A stretch of DNA of 64,000 nt from Limisphaerales bacterium (GTDB taxonomy: Bacteria; Verrucomicrobiota; Verrucomicrobiia; Limisphaerales; UBA11358): positions 9,771 to 73,770 of the forward strand of contig PMOA01000100.1 of assembly GCA_003161635.1 (NCBI GenBank), written 5' to 3'. The notes beneath the pieces are model-generated. The model saw nothing but the letters and a program-made list of their open reading frames with translations. It ran no database searches and was not told where the DNA came from. This document shows, piece by piece, positions 1 through 8,592 of this stretch. The position numbers and the translations under genes are program-made. The number at the start of each line of letters is the position of its first letter. Positions within the stretch are counted from its first letter, which is position 1.

Positions 1-1705
1 GCCGCGGGTTTTGGCCGATGACTTCGGCCCGGCTGTAACCCGTGACCCGTTCAAAGACCGGATTGACGTAAAGAATGCGTCCCTTGGTGTCGGTGATGAC
101 GACGCTTTCCGGGGTTTGCTCAATGGCGGTCATCAGGCGGTTGAGCTCTGCTTCCGCCTGCTTGCGCGTGTCCTCATTGCCGATGGCGGAGGCGATAATT
201 CCGAGGATTCGACGGTCATCGTCGGTGGGCCGGTAATCCGTGCCGTAAACCACGCAGAGCGACCCTACGGCCTTGCCTTCGCATTTGACCGCGCACCCCA
301 GATAGGTTCGCAAGCCATACGCGCGCACATTGGGATCAGACTCGGCGTAAGATGTCTGGGGCAAATTGGTGATAACCACCGCGTCGTCCCGGTTGTCGCG
401 CAGGACATCGTAGCAAATGTGTCCCGCTGCAGAATCCTTTGACTTGAAGCCCGGCGGTGTCTGCCACTGGCCTATGGAGCAAAGCAAATCGCCTTGAAGA
501 CGATTATACAGAGCGCAAGTTGCTCCGAGCAGTTCACCGCAGAGGGCGGTCAGCCGGTTGATGTTCGAGTCATGGTCGTTGCCGAGCGCCAAAAGACAGC
601 CATTGATCCTCTTCAGCCGGTCGCTGGTCTTTTCCCGGGCGTTTTCCGCAAGCCTGCGTTCGGTGGTATCGGTGAATACCGCCGCAAACTGATCCCTGAT
701 GGGGCTGAAGATCCAGGCATCGTAAAACCTGCCCTCCACATCTGAAAAGTTCTGCCACGCGATCGGTTGGCCGGTTTGTGCCACCAAGCCAAACGCGTCA
801 ATCATGTCTTGTTCCACCGCTGGATTTACTTCCCTGCCCGTTTTGCCCAGCACGGCTGATGCTGGAACGCCCGTCAGCTTCTCAAAGGCGGGATTGACTT
901 CAAGATAACGGAAGTCAATGGGCCGTCTTTGTTCGTCGTAGATCATTTCATGCAGCGCAAAACCAACGGTCAAATTTTCGAAAAGCAGGCGGTATTTGCG
1001 TTCACTCTGGCCCAGCGCTTCCTCCGCCAGCTTGCGTTCGGTGATGTCCCGGCAGAGGGTCAGGATTTGGACCCCTTGCCCGCTCTTGGCCACCGTCGCG
1101 TTGATTTCAACCGGAGTGACCTGCCCCGCTTGCTTCACGTAATCAATTTCCAGATCTTTGATGAAGCCCTGCTGCAAGCACTTCTTGATCCCTGCGGCAT
1201 TCCGCTCACGGTCGTGCGCCGCCGTCCATTCGAGCACGCTTTTGCCGATGATTTCCGCCAGCGTGTTATGCCCGGTGAGCTGGACATACTCCTGGTTGGC
1301 CCCGCGGACTTTGCCTTCCGAATCCAGAATGACATAGCCCGTGTCCGTCGTTTCGATCAGCGCGCGGTATTTCTCCTCGCTTGCCAGTTGCGAAAAGCGC
1401 GCGTGCCGCAATCGCGAGACCAGCCGGTAAATCAGCACAAACAGCAGCGAGCCGGTGACCAGTACGAAGAGCAGCCCTTTGAGAGTGGACATTTCGTTCC
1501 AGGCTTTCGGATTCGCACCGATCGCCGCGACAAACTTGTCCGTGCAGAAAATCCAAAGCCCCGCGATCAGGACGTACCAAAAAACGATTTTGCCAGCGCT
1601 CCGGAATGGCGGTATCGGGGGGATCTCAGCAGGCTGTAATCCTTCGCGTGGGGTTCCGGCTTTTTCGCAACCCAAATTTGAGCGGCCAAGTTGTTCAACG
1701 TTCAT
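1..1705 (-). CDS. multi-sensor PAS/PAS/GAF/PAS signal-transduction protein, N-terminal ~568 codons; gene runs off the left edge
   Basis: Not in the ORF track because it has no stop inside the window. My own translation of the minus strand from ATG 1705-1703 stays open to position 2 (MNVEQLGRS...). It has two hydrophobic segments (IVFWYVLIAGLWIFC, LLFVLVTGSLLFVLIY), PAS-like blocks (EEKYRALIETTDTGYVILD; SERKYRLLFENLTVGFALHEM; LMTAIEQTPESVVITDTKGRILYVNPVFERVTGY) and a GAF-like block (AGHICYDVL...KAVGSLCVVY). The plus-strand ORFs 11-442, 494-745 and 929-1639 are antisense shadows. Confidence 0.75.
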   Translation of the reverse strand, partial: MNVEQLGRSNLGCEKAGTPREGLQPAEIPPIPPFRSAGKIVFWYVLIAGLWIFCTDKFVAAIGANPKAWNEMSTLKGLLFVLVTGSLLFVLIYRLVSRLRHARFSQLASEEKYRALIETTDTGYVILDSEGKVRGANQEYVQLTGHNTLAEIIGKSVLEWTAAHDRERNAAGIKKCLQQGFIKDLEIDYVKQAGQVTPVEINATVAKSGQGVQILTLCRDITERKLAEEALGQSERKYRLLFENLTVGFALHEMIYDEQRRPIDFRYLEVNPAFEKLTGVPASAVLGKTGREVNPAVEQDMIDAFGLVAQTGQPIAWQNFSDVEGRFYDAWIFSPIRDQFAAVFTDTTERRLAENAREKTSDRLKRINGCLLALGNDHDSNINRLTALCGELLGATCALYNRLQGDLLCSIGQWQTPPGFKSKDSAAGHICYDVLRDNRDDAVVITNLPQTSYAESDPNVRAYGLRTYLGCAVKCEGKAVGSLCVVYGTDYRPTDDDRRILGIIASAIGNEDTRKQAEAELNRLMTAIEQTPESVVITDTKGRILYVNPVFERVTGYSRAEVIGQNPR

Positions 1706-1981
1706 AAAAACCCTGACGCACGCTTGACGCCAGAAGCTATTTCACAGGTTCCTCAAAACGAGATTTGCGAGGAACCTCGAAGGGAACATCATCTCATTGT
1801 CGGTCAGACCACAGGTATGTGTAACAGATGACAAAGCCGCCGGCAAGGTTTCAATGGCTGGATGAATTCTTATTCACGACCAGTCTTTGGAAGTCATGAC
1901 CGTCGAAGCGGAGAAGTAAGGAGAACTCGCACAAGTGATTGCGCGAGCGAGGCGATCGAAGTTCGTAACGCCCTGAAAGAA

Positions 1982-2007
1982 CGAAGCCGGGTGTATCGCC
2001 CGGCTCG
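1982..2007 (-). terminator. candidate intrinsic terminator downstream of the deoxyhypusine-synthase-like gene
   Basis: GC stem GCCGGG (1986-1991) pairs with CCCGGC (1999-2004) around a 7-nt loop. On the minus strand it is followed by TCTTTC, so the U-tract is weak. Confidence 0.4.
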
Positions 2008-2032
2008 TTGAATACTCGTCGCTGGAAAACGC

Positions 2033-3241
2033 TCAACCCAGCGCCGGCTCGGTGCCGTCAATCATTTTCACCTGGTTGTGCTCGAAGTATTCCTTCGTCA
2101 ACGCCTTCACGGCTTTGGCGCGCTGATCGTAGAGTCGCTTCAGCTTGCGCGGCTTGTGCCGGGCCAGCGCGTAGCTCGTGATGATCGGCATGGCGATGGT
2201 CGTGTCGGTGTAGCAGACGACGGCATCGGGCAAACGATCCGGGTCCACCTTGCCCCAGCTCACGGCTTCGCTCGGCGTGGCGCCGGAGAGGCCGCCGGTG
2301 TCGGGCCGCGCATCGGTGATTTGAAGGAAGTAATCCTGGCCGTATTCCTTGATGCGCAGCACTTCCTGGATTTGCGGCTCGGTCTGGAGCATGAAGTTTT
2401 TTGGACTGCCGCCGCCCCAGAGCACCACGGCGCTCTTGCCGCCGGCCCGCTTGGCGGCGAGGACGATGGCGGTGGTTTCATTCACGTCAATCGAGGGGTT
2501 CATGCGCAGTTTGTTGCCGCGCAATTCCACACCCGCCACGTTCATGCCAATGGTCGAGTCGCCGGGCGAACTAGTGTAGCATGGCACCCCGGCACGATAG
2601 GCGGCGGCGAGCACGGACACGTCCTTGAGGCCGGCCTTGCGTTCCCATTCGGCGCAGTATTTGCCGATGAGATGGTGCAGTTCGGCGGTGCCCATTTCCT
2701 TCTGAAACTCGGGCTGGATGAGAATGTCGCGGAGGATTTCGTCGGTGGCCATCAGGCAATCGCTGTAGCCGAGCAACACGTCATAGACGCGGACGATGTC
2801 GTTCTCGCGCAACTCGGTGTCGTCAAACTTGAAGTTGCCGACGCGCACCGGATAATTCAGCGCGAAGTGCATGTCGTGATAGAGATTGGCGCCGGTGGCC
2901 ACAATCCAGTCCACGAAACCGGCCTTGATGAGCGGCACGATGGACGAACAACCCATGCCCGCTGGCGTGAGCGCGCCGGAGAGGCTCATGCCGATGGTGA
3001 CATCCGCTCCGAGCATTTTCTCCGTGAAGAGCTGGCAGCTTTCCTTGAGCCGCGCGCCGTTGTAGGCGAGAAAGGTTTCGTCCACCAGGTCGGCGAGCTT
3101 TTCCTTGCCGGTGATGTTCTTGGGTAGGATGCGCTTGCCGGACATGAATTTGTCCCGGTTCGGGCATTTCTTTTTCTTCAGCCATTCCGGCGTGTCCAAA
3201 AGGTCTTCGCGATAACGTGAGGTTCGTTGTGTCTTGGCCAT
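2033..3241 (-). CDS. deoxyhypusine synthase-like / homospermidine synthase-like protein
   Basis: ORF 2033-3295. Family-typical blocks: [74 protein letters not shown] prefer the internal ATG at 3241 ([10 protein letters not shown]) because the longer start overlaps the divergent gene. The start is uncertain; 3145 is also possible. Confidence 0.8.
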   Translation of the reverse strand: MAKTQRTSRYREDLLDTPEWLKKKKCPNRDKFMSGKRILPKNITGKEKLADLVDETFLAYNGARLKESCQLFTEKMLGADVTIGMSLSGALTPAGMGCSSIVPLIKAGFVDWIVATGANLYHDMHFALNYPVRVGNFKFDDTELRENDIVRVYDVLLGYSDCLMATDEILRDILIQPEFQKEMGTAELHHLIGKYCAEWERKAGLKDVSVLAAAYRAGVPCYTSSPGDSTIGMNVAGVELRGNKLRMNPSIDVNETTAIVLAAKRAGGKSAVVLWGGGSPKNFMLQTEPQIQEVLRIKEYGQDYFLQITDARPDTGGLSGATPSEAVSWGKVDPDRLPDAVVCYTDTTIAMPIITSYALARHKPRKLKRLYDQRAKAVKALTKEYFEHNQVKMIDGTEPALG

Positions 3242-3276
3242 AAATTTATGGAAAATTTGTACCGCATACGATACAA

Positions 3277-4677
3277 ATGTTCTCAAGTTTGCCAACTCTT
3301 AAAAATTTGGTGCTGGCAGGCAGTGGAACTTCCGGTTTCGTTCTGGCCTGTGTTGTCCTTTGCTCTTGCGGTTCAAGCCGCAGTGCCGCCGCCCATTTGC
3401 AGGCGGCTTTGCATACAAGACCAAGCGGTCATCAACTCTTTGACTCAAACCAAATCACGAATGCAGTTCAAGAGTTTGGCGAAAATCGCGAAGCCGCTTT
3501 CACCGTTCTCAAAGCAGCCAGCAACGAGACCAATACGCTTGTTAACGCCGGCCGGATAATTGATACCAATAAATTTGTTCGTGCCGGTGCAATTTATGGA
3601 ATTGGCCAATTGGGCAAATCGGTTCCTGAAGTCACGCCGTTTCTCTGGGATGTCATTTACTCTCCATCAAGAAACAGGCTTGATCGTTGGATGGCTTTTC
3701 GCTCTCTTCAAAACATTGGATTCCAAGCACAGGACATTCCGGTATTGGCTAAATTGCTTTCTGCCCCGGCAAGCAATCAGAACATTTTAACCAAGGTTGT
3801 GCCTGAAACCATTTCCGGGCTGATTGAGACCAATCCGCCAGCGGCAAGGCCATATTTTTCTTCGGTGGAAAATTTGCTGGATGATTCGAATCCGGACACC
3901 CAATTCCGCGCGGCGCTGGCGTTAGTCAAAAGTGAAGGCGCAAACAATCCCAAAATTTTCTCCGCGCTGCACGCGCTTTTCGAGCGTCCGAATGACCGTG
4001 ACAGTGGATACTTCAAAAGCATAGCAGCGCAAATTCTCGGTGAAGCCGGGCCGCCAGCCAAACCGCTTGTGCCGGACTTGTTGGAATTCGCCAAATTGCC
4101 GGACGAAGATTACATTTATCAACTCGTCGCCAGGATTGAACCGGAGTTGGGTTCGCAAATTCCCGAGGTGGCGCAAGCGCTCAAAGACCAAAAGCGCGCG
4201 CAAATGTGGGCGGAAAAATGGAAATCGGGTTCATACACGCTGGACGATCTACGCTCCGCCTTGAAGGAGGAGGATCAGGCGCTGATTGCGGCAAAACATC
4301 TGGCCGAAATGGGTGCCACCGCAAAAGCTGCCGTGCCGGACATGATTCAAGCTTTGTGGGGAAAGGATGAAGATACACGAGACGCAATCCTGGCCGGCCT
4401 TCACAAAGTGGATCCGCAAGTGGTGGTTGCCAAAATTTACGTGACCAATATTCCGGTTGCCTTTGGCGGTGCGTATTCGATTTTGGAGAAAATGCCTGCT
4501 TCACAACAAAACAAAGCGCTGACGGATTCCTGCTTTCGGATGATGTTCATGGATGGGTGGGTTTTGCCCGACGAACTGGCCGCCCTGACAAATAACCTGG
4601 CAGTTCAAGCCCCGGACGCATACCGCGCGTTTGTCGAAGGGCTGAAGCCAGCAACCTGCTCGAAACCGACGAATTAA
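3277..4677 (+). CDS. HEAT/ARM-like repeat protein with lipoprotein-type signal peptide
   Basis: ORF 3277-4677. N-terminus [14 protein letters not shown] is lipobox-like. The rest has a repetitive alpha-helical pattern with recurring A..LG..G..A...VP.L blocks. There is no catalytic motif. Confidence 0.45.
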   Translation: MFSSLPTLKNLVLAGSGTSGFVLACVVLCSCGSSRSAAAHLQAALHTRPSGHQLFDSNQITNAVQEFGENREAAFTVLKAASNETNTLVNAGRIIDTNKFVRAGAIYGIGQLGKSVPEVTPFLWDVIYSPSRNRLDRWMAFRSLQNIGFQAQDIPVLAKLLSAPASNQNILTKVVPETISGLIETNPPAARPYFSSVENLLDDSNPDTQFRAALALVKSEGANNPKIFSALHALFERPNDRDSGYFKSIAAQILGEAGPPAKPLVPDLLEFAKLPDEDYIYQLVARIEPELGSQIPEVAQALKDQKRAQMWAEKWKSGSYTLDDLRSALKEEDQALIAAKHLAEMGATAKAAVPDMIQALWGKDEDTRDAILAGLHKVDPQVVVAKIYVTNIPVAFGGAYSILEKMPASQQNKALTDSCFRMMFMDGWVLPDELAALTNNLAVQAPDAYRAFVEGLKPATCSKPTN

Positions 4678-4811
4678 CCGCCTCAGTCCTTGGGAACCAT
4701 TAGCTGCAAGATTTCCGGGAGTTGTTTTCTATGTTTTCCAAAGCTCATCGACCGGCGCGGCGGGAAAATTAATTTTCCGCACAACTTTCGCGTCGCAACC
4801 CAAAGGAAAGA

Positions 4812-5897
4812 CTAGCGCACGGTCACCAAATCCGGCTGGACCAGTGAGAATCCGCCCTGGACATTATCGTGAAATTGGGCTGCAACGATGATATTGTTGG
4901 TGCAGGTGGTGTTATTCACCCGGAAGGCCGCGCTGCCGCAGTTGCTGGTGATCAGGTTGGTGAAGGAGTTGTGCGCGCATTCGGTCTGGGGAACAGGCTG
5001 CCAGCCGCCTTCAGTCTGTTTCTCGGTGTGCGCCATGAAAACACCGTAATGGCGGCTGTTGCGGATGGAAATATTGTGAAATTGATTGTCGCAGCTCTCG
5101 CGCATGAAGATGCCCAGGTCGTTTACGGTCAGAACGGCATTGCTGATGACGTTGTGATTGAAAGCCAGGTCGAGCGAAATGCCGGCACCGGGATTGTCGT
5201 GGAGGTAAAGTTCCGTGAACAGGCAATCCGCCGTTTGATAACAGGCCAAACCGTCGAACTCGTTGTCAAACGCGGTCAAATCCCGCACCGTCAGCCGCCG
5301 CACGTCCCGCGTGGTGACCAAGCCGCCGGAACGGCAGCGGGCACAGGTCACATGTTCCACTGTCGAATCGCTCACATTTTGAATGGTAATTCCATTGTTG
5401 CGGACCTCCGAGCTTTCGCCCTGAAGCTGCCAGAGTTCGCGTTGCTGGTGGTAACGGTTTCCGTCAATAAAAAGGTCGCTGACGCGCAGGTCTTTGACAG
5501 TTGAATGTGGATTGTTGACTGGTTCACCCAGGATGATAACCGGGCAATTGGCGCCATCCGCCAGGCGCAGGACTGTCGCATCCGCGAAACCGCGCAAGGT
5601 CTGATGATCGCGCTGCAACACGATGGGCTGGCGGACTTCAAAAGTTCCGGGTGGCAGCACCACTTCCCCGCCACTTTCGGGCAGGATGTCCAGCGCTTGT
5701 TGGATTTCGGCGCTGGTCACGCCGGCGGGCAACATTGCGGCCTCCGGTGCCACGCCGGCGGGCAACATTGCGGCCTCCGGTGCCTCGCCAAGTATTTGGG
5801 GAGCAATCCCGTGACTCACCGGAAAGGTCAACAACCCCACGCATAAGGCATGCTTTACGACCGCCAAACTTTTGATTTGATGCAAGCTCATTTTCAT
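4812..5897 (-). CDS. secreted right-handed parallel beta-helix repeat protein (pectin-lyase fold)
   Basis: ORF 4812-5897. It has a signal peptide (SLAVVKHALCVGLLTFPVSHG) and repeated ~22-aa PbH1-like units (NGITIQNVSDSTVEHVT, RDLTAFDNEFDGLACY, LYLHDNPGAGISL, ISIRNSRHYGVFM). Confidence 0.6.
   Translation of the reverse strand: MKMSLHQIKSLAVVKHALCVGLLTFPVSHGIAPQILGEAPEAAMLPAGVAPEAAMLPAGVTSAEIQQALDILPESGGEVVLPPGTFEVRQPIVLQRDHQTLRGFADATVLRLADGANCPVIILGEPVNNPHSTVKDLRVSDLFIDGNRYHQQRELWQLQGESSEVRNNGITIQNVSDSTVEHVTCARCRSGGLVTTRDVRRLTVRDLTAFDNEFDGLACYQTADCLFTELYLHDNPGAGISLDLAFNHNVISNAVLTVNDLGIFMRESCDNQFHNISIRNSRHYGVFMAHTEKQTEGGWQPVPQTECAHNSFTNLITSNCGSAAFRVNNTTCTNNIIVAAQFHDNVQGGFSLVQPDLVTVR
5718..5783. 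repeat. perfect 33-bp tandem duplication inside the beta-helix gene
   Basis: CACGCCGGCGGGCAACATTGCGGCCTCCGGTGC occurs at 5718-5750 and again at 5751-5783. This gives APEAAMLPAGV twice in the mature N-terminal linker. Confidence 0.95.
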
Positions 5898-6134
5898 AAG
5901 CGCGGTACAATTGTTAGCAAACGCTGTTCCTGTTTTAAAACTCGCTCAAGGCAGATGAATTTTCAACAATTAATTTTGAAATTTAGCAAATGTTTTAGTT
6001 GAACGAATGAACAAAGCAGCCGATGGTAAGCGTTGAGGGGTTTGGCGGTCTTGGTTGCGTTGTTTTTCCCGGTGTTGAATTTCGTTTCGGGATTTCCCAG
6101 AGGCCGTGAAGCCGTTATGCTCTGCTCGAATTTT

Positions 6135-7256
6135 ATGGCAAACCTGCAATCGGTGAATACATCAACACCCGCCGAACTCGGCTATGCCATGCCGGCGGAG
6201 TGGGAGCCGCATGAAGCCACCTGGCTGGGCTGGCCGCACAACGAAACCGACTGGCCGGACAAGATTGACACCATCCGCTGGGTTTATGGCGAAATGGTGC
6301 GGAAAATTTCGATGGGCGAACTCGTGCGGATTCTCGTCCGGCACCGGGCCGAACAGAAACTTGCCACCAGCTATTTGAAACGTGCAGGCTGCGATTTGAA
6401 GCGGGTTGAATTTGTCGTACATCCGACCAATCGCGGCTGGACGCGCGACAGCGGACCGATTTTTGTGAAACAAGGTAGGGACGCGCTGCCGCGCGTCCAG
6501 GCTGACCAGCAGGTCAGCCCTACCACGGAGACCGCCATCGTCCATTTCCATTTCAATGCGTGGGCAAAATACAACGATTGGCAAAAGGACACCAAGGTCC
6601 CGGAAACCGCCGCGGAACTTTTGAAGAAATCGCTTTTCAACGCGCAAGTCAACGGAAGGAATTTCATCATCGAAGGCGGGGGCATTGAGGTGAACGGTCA
6701 CGGCACGCTGCTGACCACCGAGGAATGCTACCTTCATCCCAAAATCCAAGTGCGAAATCCCGGCATGACGAAGGCGCAATACGACGAGACGTTCAGGAAA
6801 TATCTCGGCGTCAAATACGTCCTGTGGCTGCTCAACGGCCCGGTCGGCGATGACACGCACGGGCACATTGACGACATCTGCCGCTTCGTGAATCCGAAAA
6901 CGCTCGTGCTCATCCGGGAGACGAACCAGAAAGACATTAATTACCGTCCACTGGCTGGGAATTGGGAGCGCGTGCAGGATTTCCGGCTCGAAGACGGTTC
7001 AAAACCCGAAGTGGTGCCGCTGCCGATGCCCGCGCCAATTTTCTACGACGGCTATCGCCTGCCCGCGAGTTACGCGAATTTTTACATCTGCAACGCCTGC
7101 GTCATCGTCCCGACCTTCAACGATCCGAACGACCGGGTGGCGCTGGGCACGCTCGGCGAGTTGTTCAAAGACCGTCCGGTGGTCGGCATCCACGCCGTTG
7201 ACCTCGTCCTAGGATTTGGTTCGCTGCATTGCCTGACCCAGCAGCAACCGATGTGA
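6135..7256 (+). CDS. aguA: agmatine deiminase (peptidyl-arginine deiminase family)
   Basis: ORF 6033-7256, whose first codon is TTG. Motifs: MPAEWEPHEATWLGWPH, WTRDSGPIF, HFNAWAKY, IEGGGIEVNG.GTLLTTEEC, DDTHGHIDD, YANFYICN, GSLHC near the C-terminus. ATG 6135 (MANLQS) gives a family-typical ~373 aa. Confidence 0.88.
   Translation: MANLQSVNTSTPAELGYAMPAEWEPHEATWLGWPHNETDWPDKIDTIRWVYGEMVRKISMGELVRILVRHRAEQKLATSYLKRAGCDLKRVEFVVHPTNRGWTRDSGPIFVKQGRDALPRVQADQQVSPTTETAIVHFHFNAWAKYNDWQKDTKVPETAAELLKKSLFNAQVNGRNFIIEGGGIEVNGHGTLLTTEECYLHPKIQVRNPGMTKAQYDETFRKYLGVKYVLWLLNGPVGDDTHGHIDDICRFVNPKTLVLIRETNQKDINYRPLAGNWERVQDFRLEDGSKPEVVPLPMPAPIFYDGYRLPASYANFYICNACVIVPTFNDPNDRVALGTLGELFKDRPVVGIHAVDLVLGFGSLHCLTQQQPM
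6474..6524 (+). repeat. family-A double-hairpin palindromic element, in-frame inside aguA
   Basis: Sequence GGTAGGG-ACGCG-CTGCCG-CGCGTCC-A-GGCTGAC-CAGCAG-GTCAGCC-CTACC. It is 51 nt (17 codons, GRDALPRVQADQQVSPT). It has the same ends and architecture as the copies at 10210, 10660 and 15679. Confidence 0.85.
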
Positions 7257-7310
7257 GTTTCAATTCGGATAATGCTCGACACGAGCCTGAATACAGGCTA
7301 TATTCAGCCT

Positions 7311-7610
7311 ATGAAAATTGCCAGCCGTCCCCGTTTCCGAAAACTGAAGATCAATTTGCAATCGCAAATGTTCACGTTGAGCAATGCCAAAACGTATTTG
7401 GGGCGCTTGATGGAAAAAGCCGGCCGGGGTGAAACGGTTTATATCGTCAAGGGACGGCAGCGGTTCATTTTGCAGGAAGTTCCTGAAATCGAGCCTGTCC
7501 CCATCCGTCCGCCGAATTATTTCGCCAACGCCTACAGCCAGGCTGAAATTCAAGAGGACAATCGTCTAGCCAAAGCCTCGGTGATTCGCGCCCCCAAAGA
7601 CCTTGAATAA
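7311..7610 (+). CDS. Phd/YefM-like type II antitoxin (candidate)
   Basis: ORF 7272-7610. The core FTLSNAKTYLGRLMEKAGRGETVYIVKGRQRFILQEV matches the antitoxin N-domain pattern (S.AK..L..L......GE.V.I...G). It lies 13 nt upstream of the toxin gene. The start is ambiguous (7272, 7311 or 7368). Confidence 0.55.
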   Translation: MKIASRPRFRKLKINLQSQMFTLSNAKTYLGRLMEKAGRGETVYIVKGRQRFILQEVPEIEPVPIRPPNYFANAYSQAEIQEDNRLAKASVIRAPKDLE

Positions 7611-7622
7611 AAAAGGAACGCC

Positions 7623-7961
7623 ATGAGACAATGGGACATCTTCATGTTTCCGTTCAGCAAAGAAAGGCGGCATCCCGCCGTCATCATTTCCAATGATGAA
7701 ACGTGCCAGAATCCTGATATTGAAGAGGTCAATGCCCTGCTATGCACCTCGGCCAAGGTGAACCGGAGCGCGAAGTCCACCGAAGAAGCATTGGACGAGG
7801 CCGACGGGCTGGATTGGAAAACCATGGTCCGTTGCGACAAAATTCATCTACTGCCCAAAGCGCGCTTCGACGACCAGAAGAGCCAGGTCACCGAAGAACG
7901 CCGGCACCTGATTGCCCGGAAAATGGTGGAAGTGTTGCGGCTTCCCATTCACCGCCGGTAG
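7623..7961 (+). CDS. PemK/MazF-like toxin (candidate)
   Basis: ORF 7623-7961. WDIFMFPFSKERRHPAVIISND ... ALLCTSAK ... GLDWKTMVRCDKIHLLPKARF follows the MazF/PemK pattern (G.I..v.F....e...RP.vVvS ... v.P.TS ... v.cdqi..l...R). Confidence 0.55.
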   Translation: MRQWDIFMFPFSKERRHPAVIISNDETCQNPDIEEVNALLCTSAKVNRSAKSTEEALDEADGLDWKTMVRCDKIHLLPKARFDDQKSQVTEERRHLIARKMVEVLRLPIHRR

Positions 7962-7972
7962 CCATAAAAGCA

Positions 7973-8139
7973 AAGCGCCGTAGGCGCGGCATATTTGTAG
8001 CTTTTCGTTTCATAGAAATCACAAGCTCCGTAGGAGCGACATCGTCCGGTGGACGGGCGGAATATGCCGCTCCTGACGGAGCTTGGAAATTTTTTGGGAT
8101 GCGATTTCTACAAATATGTCGCCCCTGAACGGGGCTTGG
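7973..8139. repeat. cluster of four REP-like hairpin units in alternating orientation (BIME-like)
   Basis: The units lie at 7973-8000 (+), 8023-8042 (+), 8062-8086 (-) and 8108-8139 (-). The consensus is AAGC-NCCGT(N)AGGN-GCG-R-CATATTTGTAG. The stems are GCGCC/GGCGC, GCTCC/GGAGC, GCTCC/GGAGC and GCCCC/GGGGC. CATATTTGTAG (7990-8000) and CTACAAATATG (8108-8118) are perfect inverted copies. Confidence 0.8.
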
Positions 8140-8229
8140 TTTGTTGCCGGCTTGCTGCACAGCCTCACGCAGCACCCACCGGTGTGATTTTTTCTGGGCA
8201 AAATTTTCGCCGGGCGCAAAGTCAAAATT

Positions 8230-8514
8230 GTGAAACCAAACAAAATCTGGCCGGTTCTTCGAGATGTTATCATCGTGACTGTGTTGACTGGCCTGGGAGG
8301 GTTTATTGTTGGCTTTGCATCAACCGAACACAACTCTCCGCTTTATATTTACAGTTTAGCAATATCAAACAGTTTGTTTTGCATCATCGGTTTTGCCATC
8401 AGTGGTTGTCTGGCCGTTGGAAACCGCTGGCGTCACTTGGCAATTGTTGCAGCTATTGCTTGGACGGTCAGTATCTTCAACGTGATATTTTTTGGAGTAA
8501 CAATTATCCAGTGA
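8230..8514 (+). CDS. small integral membrane protein (3 predicted TM helices), unknown function
   Basis: ORF 8230-8514 with a GTG start. It is 94 aa with hydrophobic stretches VIIVTVLTGLGGFIVGF, LAISNSLFCIIGFAISGCLAV and LAIVAAIAWTVSIFNVIFFGV. Confidence 0.45.
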   Translation: MKPNKIWPVLRDVIIVTVLTGLGGFIVGFASTEHNSPLYIYSLAISNSLFCIIGFAISGCLAVGNRWRHLAIVAAIAWTVSIFNVIFFGVTIIQ

Positions 8515-8592
8515 GCAGCGTCAGCTATCGCGGTTGCAATTTTTGCTCTCATCGGCGGCGGCATCTCATTGCTGTTTAAAAGAAAAAATCAG

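Noticed and set aside
4763-4778. 16-bp perfect AT-rich palindrome GGAAAATTAATTTTCC between the convergent HEAT and beta-helix genes.
   Set aside because: The stem is too AT-rich and short for a convincing intrinsic terminator, and it occurs once. It could be a protein-binding site, but nothing supports that.
7973-8139. Possible CRISPR array, suggested by closely spaced hairpin repeats.
   Set aside because: There are only four units. They lie in alternating orientation with irregular spacing of 20-30 nt, have no unique spacers of constant length, and no cas genes are present. This fits a REP/BIME cluster instead.
8049-8579. 176-aa ORF spanning the REP cluster and overlapping the 94-aa membrane-protein ORF.
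   Set aside because: It starts inside repeat units, its composition is Cys/Arg/Ser-rich and incoherent, and it overlaps a better hydrophobic ORF in another frame.
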